Assembly (NCBI RefSeq): GCF_003014555.1
Contig: NZ_PYGE01000003.1
Span: forward strand, 194,206 to 258,205
From: Haloactinopolyspora alba
Lineage (GTDB): Bacteria; Actinomycetota; Actinomycetes; Jiangellales; Jiangellaceae
Length of the DNA stretch: 64,000 nucleotides
Direction of reading: 5' to 3'
The translations under genes and the position numbers were made by a program. The notes beneath the pieces are model-generated. The model was not told the origin of the DNA and searched no databases. It saw nothing but the letters and a program-made list of their open reading frames with translations. Positions 19,190 to 29,013 of the stretch are shown here, piece after piece (position 1 is the first letter of the stretch; each line of letters starts with the position of its first letter).

Positions 19190-19290
19190 CCGTCGCGACC
19201 GCCTTCGGCTCCCTGCGCCGGCACGACCCGGATCAGGTTCGGCGGGTGTGATCTCAGCCCCACGGTACGGGCACCCCGGCCGATCGGTAC
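19190..19290 (-). promoter_or_regulatory. TPP (THI-element) riboswitch controlling thiD-tenA
   Basis: The minus strand reads GGGGUGCCC..GCUGAGA..ACCC..GAACCUGAUCCGGGU.GUGCCGGCGCAGGGA, the RF00059 core; a CTCCCTCC segment could sequester the GGAGAGGAG ribosome-binding site. Confidence 0.85.
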
Positions 19291-19358
19291 GTCTGCCACC
19301 CTATCCCCTGTGACCGCCAGCTCGGTGCGTCGATGGTGTCGTCATGGCGACACCTGCC

Positions 19359-19832
19359 TCACACCGTCGTCGCCGCGCCGCCGGCGGGGCCGTCGTCGCC
19401 GTCCAGGCCCGGGATGCGCGGCGGCACCGGCGTCGACTGGATGATCGACGTCGTGGTCTGCCCGTGCAGCAGGAACCTGTCGAGGACCTCCTCGAACGCG
19501 TCGACGCCGGTGGCGTGGACCTTGATCAGGAAACAGTCCTCACCGGTGATGCGGTGGCATTCGGAGACCTGCGGAAGTTGCTCGGCCAGTTCGACGATCC
19601 GCGGTAGTTGACCAGGGCCCGGGCGCACCCGCACGAACGCGGCCACCGGGTATCCGAGCGCGGCGGGGTCGACGTCCAGCCGGTATCCGCGGATCACCCC
19701 GGAGTCACCGAGTCGCCGCACCCGGTCGCGGACCGTGGGCACCGACAGGCCGACCCGGCGGGCCAGTTCGGCCGTCGCCATTCGCGGGTCACCGGCCAGT
19801 TCGGCGACGATCGCGCGGTCCTGTGGATCCAT
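19359..19832 (-). CDS. Lrp/AsnC family transcriptional regulator
   Basis: HTH_AsnC (DPQDRAIVAELAGDPRMATAELARRVGLSVPTVRDRVRRL) plus a RAM domain; the start is ambiguous (M at 19832, or alternatives at 19847 and about 19883). Confidence 0.75.
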   Translation of the reverse strand: MDPQDRAIVAELAGDPRMATAELARRVGLSVPTVRDRVRRLGDSGVIRGYRLDVDPAALGYPVAAFVRVRPGPGQLPRIVELAEQLPQVSECHRITGEDCFLIKVHATGVDAFEEVLDRFLLHGQTTTSIIQSTPVPPRIPGLDGDDGPAGGAATTV

Positions 19833-19930
19833 TTTCTGCATCGTCATGATAGCCCGGCCCAACACGTTGAAGCTGAAAACATTCACGGTACTCGCCTCCT
19901 GTTTCGTCATGTTGGCGCCGGTTCGTCTTT

Positions 19931-20812
19931 GTGATCATCAAGCTCATGAGGATGCCCGGAACGGCGACGAGCGTCCGGGGCGCCGCGGAGCGGGTCCCGC
20001 CTGCGGCGTACTTCGTCACCAGCGCGGTCTTCCACTACCTGGGCCCCGCGTTCGCCGTGCTGCTGTTCGCGCGGGTCGAGCCGCTCGGCGTCGCGTGGCT
20101 GCGTGTCGCGACGGCGGCGGCCGTGTTCGCCGCCTGGCGCCGGCCGTGGCGTGCCGTGCGGTCCGCAGGAGCCCGGCAGCGGCGGTTGCTCCTGGCCATG
20201 GGCGTGGTGCTGGGCGTGATGAACAGCCTGTTCTACCTGGCTCTGCAGCGCCTGCCGCTGGGCACCGTCGGAGCCGTCGAGTTTCTCGGCCCCGTGCTGC
20301 TCGCGACCGTCGCGGTGCGCTCGCGCCGTAACGCGGCCGCTCTCGTGCTGGTGGTCGCCGGTGTCGGCCTGCTGACGGACGTACACCTGGTGGCCGAGCC
20401 GTGGGGGCTGGCCTTCGCGTTCGGCAACAGTGCCCTGTTCCTGCTGTACGTGGTGCTCGGGCACCGCATCGCCCGCGACGGGGGCGCGGCGGGCATCGAC
20501 CGGCTCGGCGCGGCGATGCTGGTGGCGACGGTCGTCGTGGCCCCCGTGGGCGTCGCGGACGCGGCAGCCGCGGCCACGGAGCCGGTCGTGCTCGCCGCTG
20601 CCGCCGGTGTAGGCATCTGTTCGTCGGTCGTCCCGTACATCTGCGACCAGCTCGCCATGGCCCGGCTGCCCCGGGCGACGTTCGCCCTGATGCTCTCGCT
20701 GCTGCCCGTGACCGCCGTGCTCATCGGGCTGCTGGTGCTCCGCCAGGTCCCCAGTGCCCCCGAGGTCGCCGGAGTGCTCCTCGTCGTCGCCGGGCTCGCG
20801 GTGCACCGGTGA
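19931..20812 (+). CDS. EamA/DMT family transporter (10 TM)
   Basis: Two EamA repeats; divergent from the Lrp gene (a regulator-exporter pair). Confidence 0.75.
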   Translation: MIIKLMRMPGTATSVRGAAERVPPAAYFVTSAVFHYLGPAFAVLLFARVEPLGVAWLRVATAAAVFAAWRRPWRAVRSAGARQRRLLLAMGVVLGVMNSLFYLALQRLPLGTVGAVEFLGPVLLATVAVRSRRNAAALVLVVAGVGLLTDVHLVAEPWGLAFAFGNSALFLLYVVLGHRIARDGGAAGIDRLGAAMLVATVVVAPVGVADAAAAATEPVVLAAAAGVGICSSVVPYICDQLAMARLPRATFALMLSLLPVTAVLIGLLVLRQVPSAPEVAGVLLVVAGLAVHR

Positions 20813-20880
20813 GGAGGCGACGTCGAACTCGGCGACGGCTCACGGCTCGCGGCTCGCGACGCGGCCACGACGGCACCTCC

Positions 20881-21492
20881 CTACGCGGCGTCGCGCCGGT
20901 CGGCCATGACCGCCGACCGCACGTCGTCGCGCGCCAGGTCGAGCTTCTGGAGCAGCGCGGCGGTCGTGTCGTCGTCGCTGCGGAGGACTCCGAGGAGGAT
21001 GTGCTCGCTGCCCACGTCCCGGTCCTTCAACGCGACCGCCTCGCGCAACGAGAGCTCCAGTGCCTTCTTCGCCGCCCGCGTGAACGGGATGTGTCCTCGT
21101 GGGCGCTCCCCCGAACGCCGCCGCCGGCGCCCCAGCCGCCGTGTCTCGTGATCATCCGGGTCCGCGGGCGCCGCGTCGAGCGCGCCCGGACCGAAGGTCT
21201 CCTCGGTGCGTCGGCGCACCTCGTCGAGGTCGATCCCGAACGCACGCAGGGCCTCGCCGTCCTGCTCGTCCAGCACCTCGCCGCCCGTGCCCGGCAACGT
21301 CGCGATCGTCTCGCGGCAGGAGTCGGCCGTGACGCCGAGCCTGCTCAGCGTCGCCGCACCCGGCGCCTCGGGTTCCCTGAGCAGCGCGAGCAGCAGGTGC
21401 TCGGTGCCGATCCAGGGGTTTCGCAGCTCGCGTGCCTCACGCTGTGCCTCGATCACCGCGTTCTTGGCTTGGTCGGTGAACCGGTTGAACAT
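20881..21492 (-). CDS. Clp N-terminal (Clp_N) repeat domain protein
   Basis: Two Clp_N repeats (..IGTEHLLLALLRE.. and ..VGSEHILLGVLRSDD..) and no AAA+ domain. Confidence 0.7.
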   Translation of the reverse strand: MFNRFTDQAKNAVIEAQREARELRNPWIGTEHLLLALLREPEAPGAATLSRLGVTADSCRETIATLPGTGGEVLDEQDGEALRAFGIDLDEVRRRTEETFGPGALDAAPADPDDHETRRLGRRRRRSGERPRGHIPFTRAAKKALELSLREAVALKDRDVGSEHILLGVLRSDDDTTAALLQKLDLARDDVRSAVMADRRDAA

Positions 21493-21496
21493 CGCC

Positions 21497-21721
21497 CTAC
21501 CTCCTGGCGTACTTCTTGTGCACGGCCTGCCTGCTGACCCCGAGCGCCGCGCCGATCTCTTCCCACGCCCAGCCCTGCTGCCGCGCGGCCCGTACCTGCA
21601 GCGCCTCGAGCCGCTCGACCAGCCGCCGGAGCGCGGCGACCGCGCGCAGGCCGACCTGCGGGTCGCCGTTCATCGCGGCGGACGCGGCATCGACCGCCTC
21701 TCGTGCCTCTGTCTCGGACAT
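21497..21721 (-). CDS. Small HTH-domain protein (sigma-70 region-4-like)
   Basis: WAWEEIGAALGVSRQAVHKKYAR is an HTH; the gene ends 4 bp before the Clp_N gene start. Confidence 0.55.
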   Translation of the reverse strand: MSETEAREAVDAASAAMNGDPQVGLRAVAALRRLVERLEALQVRAARQQGWAWEEIGAALGVSRQAVHKKYARR

Positions 21722-21791
21722 ACTGTCAACGTAAGGTGACACGCGGTAGATGTCAATCCCAGTTGACGCCATCCGGGTCTACGGTGTCCCC

Positions 21792-22220
21792 ATGAGTGAC
21801 GTGTTTCCCGACGCCGAGACCGCATTCGGCCGCCGAGTCCGTGAACGTCTGCGCGACGAGCAAGTGATCTGGCTGACGACCGTCGGCAGCAGCGGGACGC
21901 CGCGACCGAACCCCGTCTGGTTCCTCTGGACCGGCGACGCCGTGGTGATCTACAACTACCACTCCGCACGTCGCGTGCCCGCCCTCCGACAACACCCACC
22001 GGTGTCTCTGCACCTCAACAGCGACGACTCCGGCGGCAACGTCATCGTCCTCACCGGACGCGCGGAAATCGACGAGCAGACTCCGAGTGCGCACGAGCTA
22101 CCCGAGTACGTCGCCAAGTACGGCGACGCGATGACACACATCAGCGGCAGCCAGGAAGCGTTCGGCCGCACCTACTCGGTGCCGCTGCGAGTGCGCATCG
22201 ATCGCGTGCGGGGCTTCTGA
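21792..22220 (+). CDS. PPOX-class F420-dependent oxidoreductase (Rv1155-like)
   Basis: The VIWLTTVGSSGTPRPNPVWFLW motif typical of TIGR03618. Confidence 0.65.
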   Translation: MSDVFPDAETAFGRRVRERLRDEQVIWLTTVGSSGTPRPNPVWFLWTGDAVVIYNYHSARRVPALRQHPPVSLHLNSDDSGGNVIVLTGRAEIDEQTPSAHELPEYVAKYGDAMTHISGSQEAFGRTYSVPLRVRIDRVRGF

Positions 22221-22318
22221 CCCACGGGCCGAACAGGGCCGAAATTCGGTGGAATCCGGCCCACGTTCGGAGCAGACTGGGACCGACAGGTCTCGCCGAT
22301 ACTTCCGGGGTGCCCACC

Positions 22319-23029
22319 ATGTCTGGCTTCCGCACCGACGCCCCTGTCGCACTACCCGTGCTGTCGCGGGGCAAGCACCGCTCGGCCCGCAAGGGCGCAT
22401 GCTTCATGGAGTTCGCGTCCTACCTGGCCGGCGAGCGATGGAGCGACCACCCGTCGTGCACCCACCCGCTGCTCGCCGCCGTCGCCCGGCTGGTCAACGA
22501 CACCGTCTCGGACGACTACCGGCCACGGCTCGCGCCGATGATTCCCAGCGTCATCGGCCTGAACTCCGACGACCCACGGCTGGACGCACGGGTGGCACTG
22601 CGCGCGGCGACGACCGCACTGCCGGTGGCCTCCGCCGAGCGCCAGCGCGTGCTGGCGGTCGCAGTGCTGGCGGCCGAGCGGGTGCTCAAGCAGCTCGACC
22701 ACCGCACGGACCAGCGCATGACCGACCGCAGCATCGTCGCGATGGCCAAGGCGCCGGATGCCGCCAGGTGGGCTCGCGGGTTCGCCGCCGAAGAGCCGAC
22801 CACGGTGAAGGGCTTCCAGCGTTACGCCGCCCCGACCGCCGTGCGCACGTCCGTCGAGGGCATCGCGCAGGCGTGCATCCCCGACCCGGACCAGGTTCTG
22901 CACGACGTGCTGGCCGGCGCCATCGAGGACGCGCGCGCCTTCGTCGACCGCGGGCACACGGCCGTCCACCACGACGATCCGCGCTGGGTCGCGGCCTGCG
23001 GACTCACCGGCACGGTCGAGCCGCGGTGA
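22319..23029 (+). CDS. Hypothetical protein
   Basis: A 236-aa ORF with typical codon usage that I do not recognise as belonging to any family. Confidence 0.45.
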   Translation: MSGFRTDAPVALPVLSRGKHRSARKGACFMEFASYLAGERWSDHPSCTHPLLAAVARLVNDTVSDDYRPRLAPMIPSVIGLNSDDPRLDARVALRAATTALPVASAERQRVLAVAVLAAERVLKQLDHRTDQRMTDRSIVAMAKAPDAARWARGFAAEEPTTVKGFQRYAAPTAVRTSVEGIAQACIPDPDQVLHDVLAGAIEDARAFVDRGHTAVHHDDPRWVAACGLTGTVEPR

Positions 23030-23057
23030 CGCGGACCACATCGGCGGAGATGCGACA

Positions 23058-23077
23058 TTAGGTATACCTAAGCTAAC
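23058..23077. promoter_or_regulatory. IdeR/DmdR-type iron box (TTAGGTATACCTAAGCTAAC)
   Basis: A 14-bp perfect palindrome TTAGGTATACCTAA that matches 14 of the 19 positions of the TTAGGTTAGGCTAACCTAA consensus, 40 nt upstream of the siderophore substrate-binding protein start. Confidence 0.55.
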
Positions 23078-23118
23078 TTGGGCGTCATCCGGTTCGTCCA
23101 CGCTTCAGGAAGGCCGCC

Positions 23119-24165
23119 GTGCACGCCCTCACCCGACGCCGTCGTGTCCGTCTGCTCGCCGCGCTGACGCTGGGGGTGCTCGTGACCGGCGCCTGTGGCC
23201 CGGCCGACGACACCACCGCATCGGCGGACGGCCCGGCGTCGGACCCCGCATCCGCTCCGGCCGCCGGCGACGCCTTCCCGGTCACGGTCGAGCACGCGCT
23301 CGGCGAGACCACCATCGACTCCGAGCCGCAGCGCGTCGTCACCTGGGGGTGGTCCAGCCAGGACGCCGCGCTCGCCCTCGGCGTCGTCCCGGTCGCGATG
23401 CCCGCCTTCGAGTACGGCGGCGACGACGAGGGAGTGCTGCCCTGGACCCGCGAGGCGCTGGGCGACAACGAGACGCCGACCATCCTGCCGTCCAACGGCC
23501 AGGAGATCCCGTACGAGGCCATCGCCGAGGCCGATCCGGACCTGATCCTCGCACTGAACTCCGGGCTCGACTCCACGGAGTACGAGACGCTCAGCCAGAT
23601 CGCCCCGACGGTGGCCTACCCGGAGAAGACCTGGTCAACCTCGTGGCAGGATCAGGCCCGGCTGGCGGGCGAGGCGCTGGGCCGGACCGCGCAGGCGGAG
23701 AAGCTCGTCGCCGACACCGAGGCGTACCTCGACGAGAAGGCGGCGCAGTACCCCCAGCTGGACGGCAAGACGTTCGTCTACGCCACTGAGGACGACGGCC
23801 AGCTCGGGGTCTACACCTCCGACGACGTCCGGGTGTCCCTGCTGACCGACCTCGGGCTGGAGGTGGCGCCGTACGTCGACGAGAACGCGACCGGCGACTC
23901 GTTCTACTACTACGTCAGCGGTGAGCTCGCCGCCGACATCGAGAGCGACATCATGGTCGCCTGGTTCGACGACGAGGCCACCGCCGACGACTTCGCCTCC
24001 GACCCGCTGTTCTCGCAGAACCCCGCGATCGCCCGCGGAGCGTTCGCGCCGATCGTCGGCGAGTCGTACGTGATGGCCAGCTCCGCGCCGACCGTGCTGT
24101 CGATCCCGTGGATGCTCGACGACTACGTCCCGCAGCTGGCCGAGGCCGCCGACGCCAGCGACTGA
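23119..24165 (+). CDS. Iron-siderophore ABC transporter substrate-binding lipoprotein (FecB/FepB-like), orphan
   Basis: GTG start, lipobox LVTGAC, and a periplasmic-binding-protein type 2 fold. Confidence 0.75.
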   Translation: MHALTRRRRVRLLAALTLGVLVTGACGPADDTTASADGPASDPASAPAAGDAFPVTVEHALGETTIDSEPQRVVTWGWSSQDAALALGVVPVAMPAFEYGGDDEGVLPWTREALGDNETPTILPSNGQEIPYEAIAEADPDLILALNSGLDSTEYETLSQIAPTVAYPEKTWSTSWQDQARLAGEALGRTAQAEKLVADTEAYLDEKAAQYPQLDGKTFVYATEDDGQLGVYTSDDVRVSLLTDLGLEVAPYVDENATGDSFYYYVSGELAADIESDIMVAWFDDEATADDFASDPLFSQNPAIARGAFAPIVGESYVMASSAPTVLSIPWMLDDYVPQLAEAADASD

Positions 24166-24258
24166 CGTGCCCGGGGACCGTGCTCCGGCTGCCGGTCGTG
24201 ATCTTCAGAGGTGACCACTAGACTCTGCTCAGGGGTTTCCGAGGATCGAGGTGACTCC

Positions 24259-24594
24259 ATGTCCGCCATCCTCTTCGTCCGGATCACGTCCGGACTCGAC
24301 GCACAGGAGTTCGAGCGGCGTCTCCTGGAACGGCGGCCCCGCTTCCGTGACGTGCCCGGTCTCCTGCAGAAGGTCTACGGCCGCGACAGCTCCAACGGCG
24401 ACGTGTGCGGCATCTACTTCTTCGAGAGCCGGCGGGCGCTCGACGCGTTCCGGGAGACCGAGTTGGCCCGCACCATCCCTACCGCCTACGACGCGGTCGA
24501 GGTCCGCCCAGAGGTGTACGAGGTGCTCTATTCGCTGCGGCCCGAGCAGGGGCCCTTCGCCGAGTCCGGCCCGCCGGCAGACACGACGGTGTGA
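24259..24594 (+). CDS. YdhR-like putative monooxygenase
   Basis: The motif GLLQKVYGR..CGIYFFESRRALDAFRE parallels E. coli YdhR GFLWKVWTE..GGIYLFTDEKSALAYLE. Confidence 0.65.
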   Translation: MSAILFVRITSGLDAQEFERRLLERRPRFRDVPGLLQKVYGRDSSNGDVCGIYFFESRRALDAFRETELARTIPTAYDAVEVRPEVYEVLYSLRPEQGPFAESGPPADTTV

Positions 24595-24748
24595 CCCGCC
24601 GAGACGGTTCGACGCCGCCTGACGACGTCGAGGGGTCGCGTATCGGGTGATCCACGTGCGTGTGAACGGCCCTAGCGCTGTGACGCACGAGGATGCGCCG
24701 GGTCGCGACCGGGGACCGCCGACGCGGCAGACGTGGACGAGCAGCGCA

Positions 24749-24842
24749 GGGCGGTTGGGAGATCCGCGTCCATGGTGCCGACGGGCATCGGCGAGCGAGG
24801 AACGAGCGAGCCGCGGGCGAGGACGCGGACTCCCAACCGCCC
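24749..24842. repeat. Large imperfect inverted repeat (22-bp arms, 49-nt loop) between convergent genes
   Basis: GGGCGGTTGGGAGATCCGCGTCC ... GGACGCGGACTCCCAACCGCCC lies 15 nt after the phosphoesterase stop. Confidence 0.6.
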
Positions 24843-24857
24843 CGCCCCCACCACCAG

Positions 24858-26939
24858 CTATTGCGGCAGCGTGAGGCCGCGCACGGTGCCGTCCTGGTCA
24901 GCGACGACGAGCGTCGAGCCGGTCACCGCCGGGGTGCTGAACGTGTTCGCGGGCCCGATCTGCCGACGGTGCCCCACCTCGCCCGACCCCGGGTCGACGC
25001 CGGCCAGCAGGCCGGTCGTCGCGATCACCCAGGCGGTGCCGCCGGCGACCACCGGTCCGGCGTTGAGCGTGCGCACGCCGAGCTCGGTACGCCATGTCGT
25101 GGTGCCGCTCGCCGGGTCGACCAGCTGTAGCCGACCCCACTCGTCGAGCAGGAGCAGCCCGTCGTCGGTGGCTCTCGTGGGCGGATACATGCATCCGGCG
25201 GCGATGTCCCAGCGCACGGCGCCGCTCGCACGGTCGACGGCGTAACTTCGGGCGACCGTCGCGAACAGCACGAGCCCGCCGGGCAGCAGCTCGACGGTGT
25301 CGTCCCACGGGCCGTACAGCAGCCGGCCGTACGGGAACGCCCGCGCGGTCGTGTTGAACGCCCACGCCCGCTCGCCGGTGCCCGCGTCGAACGCGTACGC
25401 GTAGCCGTCGCCGCTGCCGGCGTAGACGCGCTCACCGTCGCACGCGGCCCGCCCGGCGAAGAACCCGCCGAGGTCCGCCGACCACAGCTCCCCGCCGTCG
25501 GCGGCGGCCAGCGCGGACAACGTCCGGCCGGCGGAGACGACGACGGCGGCGGTCGAGCCGAGCGTGGTGACCAGGGGCGTGGACAGCACCGGCGCCCCGA
25601 GGTCGCGGTCCCACACCGGCTCGCCGGTCACCGCGTCCAGCGCCGTCAGCCGGTGATCGGCCGACGGCACGACCAGCACCGCGCCGTCGGCGGTGTACGC
25701 GGCACCCCGGTACACCGGCCCGAGTTCGCGCCGCCACCGTTCCCGTCCGTCGGCGGCGTCGAACGCGGCAACCTCTCCCCCGGTCGACCCGGCGACGACG
25801 ACACCGTCGCGTTCGGCCAGTGCGCCCTGCACGCTCCCGGCGAGCGTCGCCGTCCACCGCTCTCGCAGCGCGCCCGGGCCGGCCGGGACCTCGAACGCCC
25901 GGGTGGACTCGTGCGTCGCGCCGTCGCTGGAAACCCGCAGCTGCATCCGGTGGCGTCCCGGCGGCAGGTCGGCGACGTCCACGTCCCCGGAGAACCACCG
26001 GCTCCGCCCGGTCGCCTCCAGCTCCACCCAGCTGCCCGCCGCCCGGGCGCCGAACACGTGCTGCGGGTAGACCTGTGCCCGCACCCCGGCAGCGGCGCCG
26101 TCGCGGCCGGCCTCGACGCGGACCCGCGCCGTCCCGTCACGCGCACCGTCGATGATCACCCTGCCCGGCTCGAGCAGCCGCCCGGACCCGTTCCCGCTCA
26201 GCGGGATGGTGGTCAGTTCCTGCCGCGACTCCGACCCGTCGGCGGCCACCCGCACCGTCGTCACTGCGAGCACGGGATGTCCGCCGTCGACATGCCGCTC
26301 GACCCAGTAGTAGACCGCGTCGTTCTTCGCTGCCGCCGCGGTGACCTGGGTGAACCCGTTGAAGCGGTACACGGTCTCGCGATGGACGTGCCCGGCGAAC
26401 ACCGCGCGTACCGGCAGCCCGGCGACCGTCTCGAAGAACGCGTCCTGGTCGTTCAGGTGGTAGTGGTCGGCGCCGAGCGGGAAGTGCAGGAACAGCACGC
26501 CGGGCGTGGCGGCACGCAGGTTGCCGGCCAGCCAGCGCAGCTGCTCGGCGCCGAAGTGCCCCGGCTCCTGCAACAGCTGCGTCGGGTCGAGACCGACCAC
26601 CTGCAACCCGGCCCGGTCCATCCGGTACGGGGCCGGGCCGAACAGCTCCCGGTACAACTGGGCAGCGTTGACGTCCCAGCGCACCTCGTGGTTGCCGGGC
26701 ACGTGCCAGACCCGTTCGCGCAGTGACTGCGGAACCGTCGACAGGTAGGCGTCGTACTCGGAGCGGTCACCGTAGTCGGTGATGTCGCCGCAGTTGAGCA
26801 CGAACGCCGGGTCGTGCCGCTCGATCGAGGCGAAGATCCGCGGCAGCAGCTCGAGCCGGACCGGCTTGTCCGGATTGGCGTGTGTGTCCGTCACGACGGC
26901 GAACCGCAGCGACCCGCGCTGGATGGACGGTGTCGTCAT
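24858..26939 (-). CDS. Calcineurin-like metallophosphoesterase fused to a PQQ/BamB-like beta-propeller
   Basis: The N-terminal motifs VVTDTHAN..GDITDYG..GNHE..GHVH belong to metallophosphoesterases; the C-terminal half carries repeated A-x-D-x-x-TG-x-x-W-x blades. Confidence 0.8.
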   Translation of the reverse strand: MTTPSIQRGSLRFAVVTDTHANPDKPVRLELLPRIFASIERHDPAFVLNCGDITDYGDRSEYDAYLSTVPQSLRERVWHVPGNHEVRWDVNAAQLYRELFGPAPYRMDRAGLQVVGLDPTQLLQEPGHFGAEQLRWLAGNLRAATPGVLFLHFPLGADHYHLNDQDAFFETVAGLPVRAVFAGHVHRETVYRFNGFTQVTAAAAKNDAVYYWVERHVDGGHPVLAVTTVRVAADGSESRQELTTIPLSGNGSGRLLEPGRVIIDGARDGTARVRVEAGRDGAAAGVRAQVYPQHVFGARAAGSWVELEATGRSRWFSGDVDVADLPPGRHRMQLRVSSDGATHESTRAFEVPAGPGALRERWTATLAGSVQGALAERDGVVVAGSTGGEVAAFDAADGRERWRRELGPVYRGAAYTADGAVLVVPSADHRLTALDAVTGEPVWDRDLGAPVLSTPLVTTLGSTAAVVVSAGRTLSALAAADGGELWSADLGGFFAGRAACDGERVYAGSGDGYAYAFDAGTGERAWAFNTTARAFPYGRLLYGPWDDTVELLPGGLVLFATVARSYAVDRASGAVRWDIAAGCMYPPTRATDDGLLLLDEWGRLQLVDPASGTTTWRTELGVRTLNAGPVVAGGTAWVIATTGLLAGVDPGSGEVGHRRQIGPANTFSTPAVTGSTLVVADQDGTVRGLTLPQ

Positions 26940-27099
26940 CGCTGAACCCTTTCGGCATCCGTGGGCACGTGCCCAGGACCGTACGGCCCGCGGACGAGTG
27001 CCGGACACCGCCAGGATGAACGTCCCCGGTCCGGACGGTGAAGCCGCGCCGAGCTACCGGGCCGGATACCCGCCGCTCGAGAGACACGTCGGACGCCCC

Positions 27100-29013
27100 C
27101 TACACCTCCTCGACCTCGGGCGCGGTGAACTGGCTGTTGTACAGCTCGTAGTAGGCGCCACGCCGTTCCAGCAGCTCGGTGTGGGTGCCCTGCTCGACGA
27201 TCCCGCCGTCGCGCATGACCAGGATCAGGTCGGCGTCGCGGATGGTCGACAGCCGGTGCGCGATGACGAAGCTCGTCCGGTCGCTGCGCAGCGCCGCCAT
27301 CGCCTGCTGCACCAGCAGCTCGGTGCGGGTGTCGACCGAGCTGGTGGCCTCGTCGAGGATCAGGATGTCCGGGTTGGCCAGGAACGCCCGCGCGATCGTC
27401 AGCAGCTGCTTCTCCCCCGCGCTGACGTTGTCGCCCTCCTCGTCGATGACGGTGTCGTAGCCGTCGGGCAGCGAGTGCACGAACCGGTCGGCGTAGGTGG
27501 CCTCCGCCGCGGCGTGGATCTGCTCGTCGGTCGCCTCCGGGTCGCCGTAGGCGATGTTGTCCCGGATGGTCCCGCCGAACAGCCACGCGTCCTGCAGCAC
27601 CATGCCGAACTTCGAGCGCAGCTCGTCGCGGCGCATCTCGGCGACGTCGCGTCCGTCGACGGTGATGCGGCCGCCGTCCAGCTCGTAGAACCGCATGATC
27701 AGGTTCACCAGCGTCGTCTTTCCGGCGCCGGTGGGGCCGACGATCGCCACCGTCGTGCCCGGCTCGGCGACCAGGGACAGGTTCTCGATCAGCGGCTCCT
27801 CGGGGTCGTAGCTGAACGACACCTGCTCGAAGACCACCCGGCCGTCGACATCCGGGTGACGCCCGGTCACGGCCGTCACCGGCAGCTCGGCCGACTCCTC
27901 CGGCTCGTCCAGGAACTCGAACACCCGCTCGGCGGACGCCACACCCGACTGCAGCAGGTTCACCATCGACGCCAGCTGCGACAGCGGCTGGGTGAACTGC
28001 TGCGAGTACTGGATGAACGCCTGCACCTCGCCGAGGCTCATCGTCCCGGACGCCACCCGCAGCCCGCCGACGACGGCGATGGCCACGTAGTTCAGGCTGC
28101 CGACGAACATCATCGCCGGGCGGATGATGCCGGAGACGAACTGCGCGGTGAAGCTCGCCCTGAACAGCTGCTCGTTCTTCTCCGCGAACTCGCGCTCGGC
28201 CTCGTCCTGCCGGCCGAACACCGTCACCAGCGCGTGCCCGGTGTGCGTCTCCTCGACGTGGGCGTTCAGCGCGCCGGTGTGCTGCCACTGGGCGACGAAC
28301 TCGCGCTGCGAGCGCTTCGCGATCCGTGCGGTCAGCAGGATCGACAACGGGATGGTGACCAGCGCGATCAGCGCCAGCAGCGGCGAGATCACCACCATCA
28401 TGGTCAGCACGCCGAGCACCGTGAGCACCGACGTCAGCAGCTGGCTCATCGTCTGCGAGACGCTCTGCGAGATGTTGTCGATGTCGTTGGTGACCCGGCT
28501 GAGCACGTCGCCTCGGGCGTGCGTGTCGAAGTAGCGCAGCGGCAGCCGGTGGACCTTGTTCTCGACGTCCGAGCGCAGCCGCAGCATGGTCCGCTGCACG
28601 ACCTCGTTGAGCAGGTACGCCTGCAGCCACGTGAACAGCGCCGCGCCGAGATACAGCGCGAGCACGCCCAGCAGCACCCAGCCCAGCGCGGTGAAGTCGA
28701 CACCCTGTCCCGGCGTCACGTCCATGCCCGCGACCATGTCGGCGAAGGTGTTCTCGCCGCTGTCGCGCAGCCGCTCGACCGCCTGCTCCTTGCTGGCGCC
28801 CTCCGGCAGCTGCCGCCCGATGACGCCGCGGAAGATCAGGTCCGTGCCGTGCCCCAGCAGCCGCGGGCCGAGCACGTTGAGCCCCACGCCCACCACACCG
28901 AGGACGACGACCAGGACGACGCCGCGGCGTTCCGGGCGCAGCCGGGCCAGCAACCGCCGGACCGACGGCCCGAAGCTCATCGGCTTCTGCGGTGGTGCCA
29001 TCTGCTGGCTCAT
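27100..29013 (-). CDS. ABC exporter, fused TMD-NBD (heterodimer partner 1)
   Basis: Six TM helices, then Walker [10 protein letters not shown], signature VSAGEKQ and Walker [10 protein letters not shown]; the start MSQQMAPP has a GGAGGAGG ribosome-binding site and an ATGA overlap. Confidence 0.85.
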   Translation of the reverse strand: MSQQMAPPQKPMSFGPSVRRLLARLRPERRGVVLVVVLGVVGVGLNVLGPRLLGHGTDLIFRGVIGRQLPEGASKEQAVERLRDSGENTFADMVAGMDVTPGQGVDFTALGWVLLGVLALYLGAALFTWLQAYLLNEVVQRTMLRLRSDVENKVHRLPLRYFDTHARGDVLSRVTNDIDNISQSVSQTMSQLLTSVLTVLGVLTMMVVISPLLALIALVTIPLSILLTARIAKRSQREFVAQWQHTGALNAHVEETHTGHALVTVFGRQDEAEREFAEKNEQLFRASFTAQFVSGIIRPAMMFVGSLNYVAIAVVGGLRVASGTMSLGEVQAFIQYSQQFTQPLSQLASMVNLLQSGVASAERVFEFLDEPEESAELPVTAVTGRHPDVDGRVVFEQVSFSYDPEEPLIENLSLVAEPGTTVAIVGPTGAGKTTLVNLIMRFYELDGGRITVDGRDVAEMRRDELRSKFGMVLQDAWLFGGTIRDNIAYGDPEATDEQIHAAAEATYADRFVHSLPDGYDTVIDEEGDNVSAGEKQLLTIARAFLANPDILILDEATSSVDTRTELLVQQAMAALRSDRTSFVIAHRLSTIRDADLILVMRDGGIVEQGTHTELLERRGAYYELYNSQFTAPEVEEV

